Translations under genes and position numbers: made by a program
Shown: positions 51,601 to 60,427 of the stretch, piece after piece
How the letters are laid out: every line of letters starts with the position of its first letter
Position numbering within the stretch: the first letter of the stretch is position 1
Assembly: GCA_905178155.1 (NCBI GenBank)
Contig: CAJINV010000004.1
Location: 9,462,625 to 9,526,624 of the forward strand
Source of the DNA: Amoebophrya sp. A120
Lineage: Eukaryota > Protista > Dinoflagellata
Length of the DNA stretch: 64,000 nucleotides
Reading direction: 5' to 3'
Notes under the pieces: model-generated
Databases searched by the model: none
What the model was told of the DNA's origin: nothing
What the model saw: only the letters and a program-made list of their open reading frames with translations

Positions 51601-54600
51601 TCGCGGAAATGCTTAGTATTCGGGAGACCGGGGAAGGGTTGAAGAAAACAACTGACGTATCATATGTAAAAACGTCCCCACACCAGAGTCAAGTTGGGAA
51701 CCTAGGAAGACAAATCCACAAGTTTTGGGAGCCACGCATAAGAAGTTGCAGTCCGTAGTGTAGTGCATGTAAGCAAGGACCACCGCATCACAAATCCATC
51801 TGCTTATCCTGTTTACAGCATTACAAATTCTAGAACTCGATTGGAAATGCCACTCATGGAGATGCGCATCACAAATCTTCCTGTAATCGCAAATCTGCAT
51901 GATAACTATGGGGTGGGAATGGTTTTACTCAGGATATGACGACGATGCGCGGGTCCGGAAGGAAAGAACCGCGAAGACGTACAAGGATCTGACTATATCC
52001 TGTGCAAAAGTATCGTACTCGTAGTAATTGCAATCATGCAATACAAATCTCCCTCTTAAGACAAATCAGCATTACAAATTTCATTTTTCATGCTGAGGAA
52101 ATTTGTAATGCATTTATACCACTGCGATACTTTTGCAATTCATAGACGATGTCTTTCAGCAACGTGCAGGTGATTCTGAAGCGCGTTCCAAACCATGTCT
52201 GGGACGAGATGTTTCCCGATGATCTTTCCATCGGACAGATTACTTCTACCGTCGCCTGCTATCCTAGGGAAAATTTTCACCAGCACGAACTAACATCCTC
52301 TTCTTCAGTTTGTAAATGCAATAGAATCACAATCAGAACCACCAGTGGTTTTACGCGTGCTTATGATGTAATGCTAATGTTAATGTTGTCGTTCTGCATT
52401 ATTACGCATTGATTGAGGTGACGGTGAAGATTTTGTTCAGGATACCAGGGGAAGGAGAAGTACTGAAGAAACTGATCGATCGTCGCGAAGGTCCCACTCT
52501 TCGGGCGCAAGTTTGACGGCCGGAACGCGCAGATCAAACTCGGCGGCGAAGTTGACGAAAACAGGGAGTGACAAGTGGAACGCGAAGGCGGGTCGCGGAG
52601 GTCGACACCATGAAAACTCGCGAAATAAAAAAACACCTGGAGGTGTTGCGCAGATCATAGATGCTGACCTGCGTGCAACGGTCGATCAAAAGCAGGACAT
52701 GTTCCGAGAGACCGTCGATACGCGCGCAACAATGGATTCGCAGTGCGAAATTGTCGATGTGCACGACGAGACCACGCGAGATCGGTTCTCATCGAGGATG
52801 TCGGAGAACAATACGCTCTTGCACTCGCCGGCACGAGTATCAACTGCTCCTTCGGCCGTCTTCTCGTCAACATCTCTGTCACTCACGGAACATCAGAGAA
52901 CGGAGGTTGTTCCCGCTACCGGCAGTGACGCAGCTGCTGCGCAGCTCCGTGGACGGTCGTGCTCCGGAGCAAGTGCGGCGACGGGCTCCAGCAAGCGGTT
53001 ACGGCTTGGACGGTAGTTAGAAATCCCGGCCGCGGATATTGTGCGGATATTATGACTCAAATGGAAAACGTGCGACAGCTTTTCTCTCGTCGCGGCCTGT
53101 GAGTCGAAGTGTTGACGGTGGCAGTAGCTCACCGTCCGAAGATGGTGGTGATCAGTGCGTCAGCTCAGCGAAGCTCCGTGATTGCGTGCAGGAGGAGGTC
53201 GCTCGTAGGTATTTATATTGGAAAATCGGCACGCCGCTATGCGTGTTTGTTTGGTTTCTGCATGGCATGCATTTTGCTACATTTTCGTGATAGTGATGAC
53301 ATGCCTTGAACCAAAAGGCAGAAGGCTTGGCAGGAGCCACGCCACGCAGCGTAGAGGAAGCTACCGCAAAATACATCGAGACGGAAATAGCCAGGCCGCG
53401 GCTGAATGACATCCAGAACGCCTCAGGGTTTAGGTCGGTGCAAGCCCTCCTTCGGCGAAAGAGCCCAAAAGCGCGGGTACTTTTTTGCACGTCAGTAGTG
53501 GGAGCGTATGCTTTCCCTTTTTTTGTAATGCGCCAGACTGCTTGATGATGCCACGTAGATGAAGGGCCCATAAGCATCATGAGCTGACAGAAGCAGTGCA
53601 GCTGGGATTTATCCTTTCTTGCCAAACACCTCGCAGGTCGCCATTGCGCTCGAGCTTGCAGATATCCACTACACCAGAATGATGACGATCAAATTGGCGG
53701 AAAGTGCGCACAAAACGGTGCAAATATGAATTGCAGATACGTCTCTGCCTGGGTGTGGAAATGCAAATATGCGTCGCAAATATGCATTGCAAGTATGCAC
53801 TTTAAATATGCATTGCAAACATGTCTTGCAAATATGCATTGCAAATATGCATTGCAAATATGCCTTGCGAATATGCATTGCAAATATGCATTGCAGATAT
53901 GCAATGTGCTCCGGAGCAAGTGCGGCGACGGGCTCCAGCAAGCGGAGCAGGATTTCCGTGCTCTCATCTACCCCAAATGTTCTCCGGCTCAGCGGTCCCC
54001 ACACATCTACTAGCAGGCCTCCAAGGGCGAAAAGCGCAGACACGTGGGCGCGACGAGCAGGAGCACCTGCGCCAGCAACGGAGCAGACAGCGCGCATCCT
54101 TCCTGAGCACAACGAAGGTGGTGATGCGACTGAAGACGCACGCATGAGGCGTGGTCAAAACAGTGCGCCGGCCGGCTCGGTGGGTCATAGTGCTTCTTTC
54201 TGGAGGTGGAAGCGGCAAAGAAGCGTCGCCCGTCAATTGTCTTCCACCGATGTGCTCCCAGGTAACCCAATCCCGACATCCCGTCTGCCTTCCACATCTT
54301 CTCTGCAGCGCCCGTCGGTTCGCAGTGTTACGAGTCGGCTCAGTTCAGTAGTCCGTGGCGCATCCTCCTTCCGCAGGACCGTGCTTCTGCCCGCGGAGCA
54401 GCACGTGGAGGACGTCTCCGCGTGTGTATTAGCGCACGAGTACGTATATCACACAGAAAAAAGCTAGCAGTGCAAAAGCAAAAAATACATGAAACACCAT
54501 GGTGGCTGCATCGATGAAGATGAGCAACGTTTTTGCATAGCCTATTAGCAATATGCTATGGGCGGCCTCTTCAGGAGACCAGGGACAGACAGTGACAGAT

Positions 54601-55541
54601 ACTTCATATGAGCCCCCCCCGCTAGTTTTTTCTCTACTGGGATAACGTGGACATTTTTCAGGACTTCGTCTGGTTTTACCGCGATACGCTCTTCACGCGC
54701 TACCAGGTGCGCGCCATGGTTCGCATCTTCACTTCCCTGGCCTGGATCTTCATTCCTGCAGTCGCTTTCTTGACCGACATCCGCCACTATCCCGGCTTCT
54801 CTACGGATTTGGTCACTAACGTCGTGTACCCAGTTTCATTTTTCTGCTACGACTATCCTGTGCAAAAGTATCCCACTCGTATTGCAGTCATGCATTACAA
54901 ATCTTTTTCTCAAGAAGGTGAATCAGCAATACAAATTGTATTTCTTTTTCTCATGCTGAGTAATGCATTTATACGCGTGCGATATTTTTGCAATTCATAA
55001 CGACTGCTCCGAGTGGATTACCCTGACTTTTTTTTTCTTTTTCGCCGACGCGGAAGCGAAGCACCGGTTTATATCAAATGCAAAAATGTCTGGGTCTGGA
55101 AGGTTGGAACTTGTGATGCTAACTTTGGACTCTAAAAAAATCTGTATTGCATGACCAGCAAGAGGAGTCTAGTTTGTGCTACGCGGGGAGGGCGTTTGTC
55201 ATGCGGAGTAGGTATCAGGAAGCCCTCTAAAGATATGTGATGCTAGGCCGTGCATTGCAGACATCCTGGTCCATGCAAAACATGCGTGACAAATCTCAGA
55301 ATCTTCCAGACCCAGAAAGTTTTGCATTTGATGGTTTACGTCGCTCTTCAACTCAGCCTTTAAGCAGAAAACCAGCGACCTGCGGCTGGTGTGCATGCTG
55401 CTGGCCGTTTTCTTTGCCGTGCTGTGCTTCGGCACCCGCTGGAACCCGAGGAATCTGCGATTGCTTCGGGCGGATACGGGGATTGCAGATTTATCTTGGG
55501 CAGACGTGCAAAATGTCTGCGCCGAGGCATGGGCGAGGTAA
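48695..55541 (+). CDS. Multi-pass membrane hypothetical protein split by 9 introners and one direct-repeat-bounded insertion
   Basis: ORFs 48533, 49443, 51213, 52149, 52513, 53769 and 54647 chain in frame; several hydrophobic helices; start and stop uncertain. Confidence 0.7.
49047..49310. mobile_element. Divergent family B introner (264 bp)
   Basis: TIR tatgggattctc / gagacctccata; TSD cagct/ccgct. Confidence 0.8.
49362..49469. mobile_element. Family K introner (108 bp)
   Basis: TIR tatgccttgaaaattaacca; TSD decayed (gttga/gcaca) but the +5 rule restores frame. Confidence 0.78.
51167..51281. mobile_element. Family K introner (115 bp)
   Basis: TIR tattcc.tgaaaat; perfect TSD gaaca. Confidence 0.9.
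51658..51936. mobile_element. Family D introner (279 bp)
   Basis: Perfect TSD tgacg. Confidence 0.88.
51996..52144. mobile_element. Family E introner (149 bp)
   Basis: TSD gacta/gacga. Confidence 0.88.
52260..52444. mobile_element. Family L introner (185 bp)
   Basis: TIR tatcct..aaaat.ttcacc; TSD cctgc/ccagg; frame restored. Confidence 0.78.
52999..53905. mobile_element. 907-bp insertion flanked by perfect 40-bp direct repeats of exon sequence
   Basis: gtgctccggagcaagtgcggcgacgggctccagcaagcgg occurs at 52959-52998 and 53906-53945. Confidence 0.8.
53718..53905. repeat. Tandem array of ~13-bp AAATATGCATTGC units
   Basis: Directly visible degenerate tandem copies at the right end of the insertion. 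Confidence 0.88.
54447..54644. mobile_element. Family M introner (198 bp)
   Basis: TIR tatc..agaaaaaa.ctagc; TSD acgta/acgtg. Confidence 0.82.
54854..54999. mobile_element. Family E introner (146 bp)
   Basis: Perfect TSD acgac. Confidence 0.9.
55072..55333. mobile_element. Family A introner (262 bp)
   Basis: Perfect TSD gttta; ends ATG. Confidence 0.9.
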
Positions 55542-56355
55542 GTAAGTAGAACAATGAGGGGACACGCCTTTGGGTTCGGATCGAGTTCATCTTGTAGTTG
55601 AATTGAATTCTATAAATTAGTATTTTTTTCAATGGAGTACTTTTGGCGCACCGCATACAAAAATACTGAGTCTTTTACTGCAGCTCTTATTTGCCTGTAC
55701 GTCGACTAAAGCTGTAAAAGCAGAGGCCTTGGCGAGAAAAGGGAAAGCAAATAGCAAAACCAATATAGAAAAGCTCCTACATCAAAAGATATAAAAGATG
55801 TCGGAAGCATAGAAGACACCATCGCTACTGCAGTGCAGTTGTGTTGGATAAAAATATCTGTCACGTAGAACAATTTGAATTTGGGGCGTGATGGCTTCGA
55901 CCGTATCGGCGAGGAGTATAAACTAATTGTGATTTCATCAAGAGCGCACATGATAAAAGCAACTCTGATTCCATTTTTTTGCGTTTGGATACACTGTCGC
56001 TTGAGAGGACGGAAATGCAGGCGAAATGTGATGGAGTCCGACAGAACAAAAGAGAACGGCGGCAGGAGAGATCACAAACGCCGAGCTTGTGGACGCAATG
56101 AGCCACCTTGTTACGCATAATTGAACTTCTTCGAGCTTTGCAAAATAATACGAGTACTAGATTGATGTTTTTTATACGTACGTCACACCCGAGCGTCGTC
56201 GCCGTAAGTGTAGTGACATTGTAGCAGGTTTTTATCTCAAGCACCGAATTCTGGATCTGGAAAAATCCAAAGAAATGGCTTCCTCCTGTAGTGCACCAAC
56301 CAAGAGAAAAGGACGACTGGTGCAACGACCAAGAGGAAAGGAAGTTGCGAAGAAG

Positions 56356-59300
56356 ATGCAACTACTTCTGCACATTCTAGCATCAACAGCCAACGTCGCA
56401 AACGCCTGGACCGACACGGGACACATGATAGTGGCCAAAATTGCCGCGGACGGGCTGATATGAATTGCAAATGTGTCTGGGTCTGGAAGGTTGCAACTTG
56501 TGATGCAAATTTCACACAACACAAAGATCTGTGATGCATGAACGGCAAATGCGGCCCAAAACTTGGCACCAAAACAGGGAATTTGTTATGCGGATTAGGG
56601 ATGGGGACACCTTCTCAAGACGTGTGATGCTAGGGCCTGCATGCCAGACCTCCCAGATCATGCAAGAGCAGCATGGCAAATATCTGGACCCATCCAGAGC
56701 CAGACATGTTTGCATTTGATAGCTGAAGCCGGAGGAGCTCTCGTTTTTCCACAATTTGACGGACATGCTGTACCACCCCTCGGTGAAATATCCAGGAAAA
56801 AACACCCCTCCCCATCCAAATTGTAGTCATGCGAAACATGCATAAACTCCAGTGTCTGTCATGCAAAAAATGGATGTGGATGGATGTTTTTTCCTGGATA
56901 TGAAAGCAGCGCGCACCGGGGACTTTGTGAAGCCGGTGGACACGCTGTGGGGCGTGGCCAGCTGGAACGATAATATTGACATCGCGTATTTTTACGAGGA
57001 AGTTTTTGATGGTGCCAAAAGTTCTGCATCAACACGTCGGAAACGAAGAAATTTGCGACTCTGCTGTTCTTTCAGCTGCCGTGCCGCATCACTTAACATG
57101 TTGACGCGCGCGCGCCCACGCATTTCTCCATGCAGCACGAGCGCCGTTGGCCCCCTATCTTTCCTGCCTTTGCCGCGCCGCATTGCGCCTTCGCCGCCAC
57201 CGGCATTTTCCGTTTTGTTCAAAATAGCAGGTGATGATGTTTGCATTGACGCCGCCGGCACTGCGATTATTTCAGTCGCTAAGCACAGTCGTTCATCTCC
57301 TCCCCATTTGATGTTTCATCTGTTGCGTATGTCAAAGAAGATGAAGATGAAGAGAACACTGAAGCTGAACGAACAAGAAGATAAAAATCATGATCAACAA
57401 CTCTTATCAGGTTCCACTTTCAGAAAACGTGGCACTTTACCGACACGGTGGTGCGGCTCGACAAGGGCTGTAGATTGATCGGCGACGGACAGAAGATACC
57501 TGCTGCAGGAGGGCCGCATCTTCAGGAGGCTGGGAAGATGATCGCAAACAGGACAACAATCAGCCCGCTGCTGTCAACGTCGTCCACGACTCCCAGGGCC
57601 GCCGCGGTGCACGAACTCAACAAGGGGCACCAGCAGCACGTCGACTCCACGACGCCGAGGGCGGTCGGCAAAAGCGAGACGGGGCTGAGAAGTCTCCTCG
57701 GTGAAAAAGACAAAGAAGAAAATGACAAGCAGATGATGTCGATGAGTACCGACTACGGGGGATCAAACACAAACACCTGCGACAGCACCCACCCGCCCCG
57801 GCCCGACGAGAAGCACCAGGACGTTATCTACGGCCTGACCTCTGCCTACTACGGAGTGACCAGCGAGTATGGGTGTGTCAGGATCGAAAACGTCAAAGTT
57901 GAAATGATTTTTAATAATGCATAAAATGCATGACCCGAGGTACGTGTGTTGCAGAGCAGGCAATGGAGGCCGATTGTAAGCCTGTTTGGGGTTACAGCTC
58001 GAGCTGCTAAAGTAGCATGAGAAAATCGCTCTTCTTTGCCTCAACAGCATTACAAACTGGATTTAGTGACCACCGAAATTTGTCATGCGCCACTTCAAAA
58101 CTGGGTTCCAACTGGCATCCATTTTATGCATGACAAATCATTTGAACTTTGTCGATTTCGATGCTGACAGTTCCATAGCGAGGTGAGCAAGTGGAATGAC
58201 CCGGCCATCAAGAAGTTTCAGCAGGCGTGGTGGATTATGAAATGCAAAAGCATTGTACTAGTATACATTGCATTACAAATTAGCTATAGCTCAGCATTAG
58301 CATTACAAATGAAATTTGTAATGCTGTTTTACCTTTAGGAAAGAGATTTGTCATGCATAAACAGCAATTACTACGAGTGTGATACTTTTGCGGTGCATAT
58401 GGATCCGCATGCTGATCCACTTTCTCGGCGACCTGCACCAGCCCTTGCACGCCGCCGCGGGCTGCAGCGCGCGCCACCCAGAGGGGGACCTATCAAATGT
58501 AAAAATGTCTGGGTCTGGAAGATTCTGACACTTGTCATGCACGTTTTGGATGAGCCCTGATGTCTGTGATGCATGCCCTAGCAGCACAGATTTTTTGAGA
58601 GCTTCTTGATGCCTAAGTTGCATGACAAATGCCCTCTCCGCGTAGCAAGAATCACATTCCCTTTGGTACTCATGCAATACAGATATTTTTGGAATCCAAA
58701 TGCAGCATTACAAGTTGGACTCTTCCAGACCCAGACATTTTTACATTTGATAGGACCGGGGCGGAAACGAATTTGGGATCGAGACGAACATTAAGAATTA
58801 CTTCGAGGGTATGGAATGCAAATATGTCTGGGTCTGGAAAGTTGTGATGCTAAAAGTGAATGAGATTTCCACTGCAATACGGAGCCAAGCATGACAAATT
58901 TTTTGGCTGCCATGTCTTACGTATTCCGCGTGGCAAACTGCGTTTTTGCATGAAAGGTAAGACGGCTTTTTCGTGTCTACGCATCACAGATTCTTGAGTC
59001 GTGTCAGACTAGCATGACGAGTCTCGCAATCCCCCAGACCCAGACATATTTGCAATGCATAGAGGGAAGGGCGACCTTCGTCTCGGAGCTGCACTTGCTC
59101 TGGGACTTAGCGGGGGGCAGCTACGCCGCGGGACCGAATTGGCCGCTGAACGCCACGGGAGAGGCCTTCGTGGCGGAGGAGGCCAAGGTACTAGTACTTA
59201 CTTCGGTTCCGTTTCGCGTTGGTATGTTTCTCTCTTCGCAGCGCCGTGATGCAGCCGAGCATTTCGAATTCGTAATAAAATCGTTGCACCCCCGGTCCTC

Positions 59301-59766
59301 GTGATCTCGTATGGACATTTACATTTTTCCACCTTCCCAAATAAACAAGACACTTATCTTCAAAACTAAACTTGAACAGCGTCTCCGGCAAGAGTACGAA
59401 GCGAAGTACCCCGACGAGCCGACGACCGTGATGAAAACTTGCCCGCTGAGTTCCTTCAAGAAGTGGAAGCAGGAAAGCTGGAAAATCGCGACCAACACGG
59501 TGTACAAGAATCTCGTCGAGGACGCGATGGTGTCCGACGCATACCTGCAAACCGCACAGAAGACCTCGGGGGAGCGGATTGCGCTGGGTGGGTTCCGGTT
59601 GCAGGGCATGCTGCAGAAAATGTACAAGACACTGGTGGTCCTCGGAGGGGACAAGAAGGGCGAGGAGGAGGAACGGGTAATGAAGAAAACGCAGATAGGA
59701 AAAAATAATGCTGCGGAAGAAGTAGATGGGGACCAGGACAAAAATGCAGTGTCGATTTGGGTGTAG
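56356..59766 (+). CDS. Secreted S1/P1 nuclease (~466 aa); exons 56356-56458, 56727-56788, 56906-56985, 57411-57867, 58183-58235, 58405-58490, 58758-58809, 59067-59187, 59380-59766
   Basis: Signal-like N-terminus, then WTDTGHMIVAKIA, SWND, WHF, LIHFLGDLHQPLH, GDRGGN, LHLLWD and RIALGGFRL: the Zn-binding motif series of the S1/P1 family. Exon sum is 1401 nt. Confidence 0.92.
56459..56721. mobile_element. Family A introner (263 bp)
   Basis: Perfect TSD gctga. Confidence 0.9.
56789..56900. mobile_element. Family I introner (112 bp), inverted relative to 44193
   Basis: Perfect TSD tgaaa. Confidence 0.92.
57868..58177. mobile_element. Family N introner (310 bp)
   Basis: TIR tatgg..tgtcag.atcgaaa..caaagtt.aaatgattt; perfect TSD gcgag. 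Confidence 0.9.
58236..58399. mobile_element. Family E introner (164 bp)
   Basis: Perfect TSD tggat. Confidence 0.9.
58491..58752. mobile_element. Family A introner (262 bp)
   Basis: Perfect TSD ggacc; splits the GD|RGGN motif. Confidence 0.93.
58810..59061. mobile_element. Family A introner (252 bp)
   Basis: Perfect TSD gaggg. Confidence 0.92.
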
Positions 59767-60427
59767 TGAAGAAGAAGATTCCTCCTGGAGCACGACAGAG
59801 GTGAAGTAAAAGTGGAGATGAGGAGATGCAGTTCTTAATACGCCTATCAAATCACTACAAGTTTACGCGAGACGAGTAGTACTCGTCGAGTACAACAGTC
59901 ACATCATCGAAGATCCAGTCCGAGTCACCAGTTAAAGGCGCAGTGCAACAGCTGCGCCTGGTTTTCTTGACCACCTGGGCGGGACTACAGTCTGCAAGTT
60001 TGGGCAAGGTTCTGCATTTGCCTGTTCCACCGAGGACCTATTGTTCTCGCCGAACTTCTTCTCGCTGCGTACTAGTAGTCAATTGAATCCTAGTACAGAC
60101 GAGGCCCAGCAACGCGCTGGTGCTCGTGTTTGCTCCTGAATGCATACGCATACTTCATCTCTCAGGGTCGCCAGTCCTGGTCTCGCGAGGGGTGCTGGTA
60201 TTGCTTGAAAAAAATTAGGTGATGCCTGGCGAGAGAAAATGTGTCTTCCTTGTTGAGTACTAGGGGAGAGCGCTGCAGACAGCATAGCTTACCTCGAAAA
60301 AGCTTACTAGCACTACGCCGTGTTGATGCGTGAAGATCAAGATGAACCCCGTTCGCATTGACCAACGTGATAAAAGACGAGGAGTGTGGTCGAAAAGATT
60401 GGTTTCCGTATTTATTCAGCATTTGAA

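Noticed and set aside
5966-59061. CRISPR-like or REP-like array from the recurring tgtctgggtctggaag repeat
   Set aside because: The repeats are dispersed inverted pairs with TSDs in a eukaryotic genome; there is no regular spacer array and no cas gene.
5919-59304. Family of small Cys-rich proteins (KCKNVWVWK, LPDPDIF, FQTQT, QKYRTR ORFs)
   Set aside because: These are translations of introner TIRs in different frames.
7349-59766. Pseudogenes disrupted by transposons
   Set aside because: Frames and catalytic motifs are intact after element removal, with no other stops or frameshifts seen, including in essential genes.
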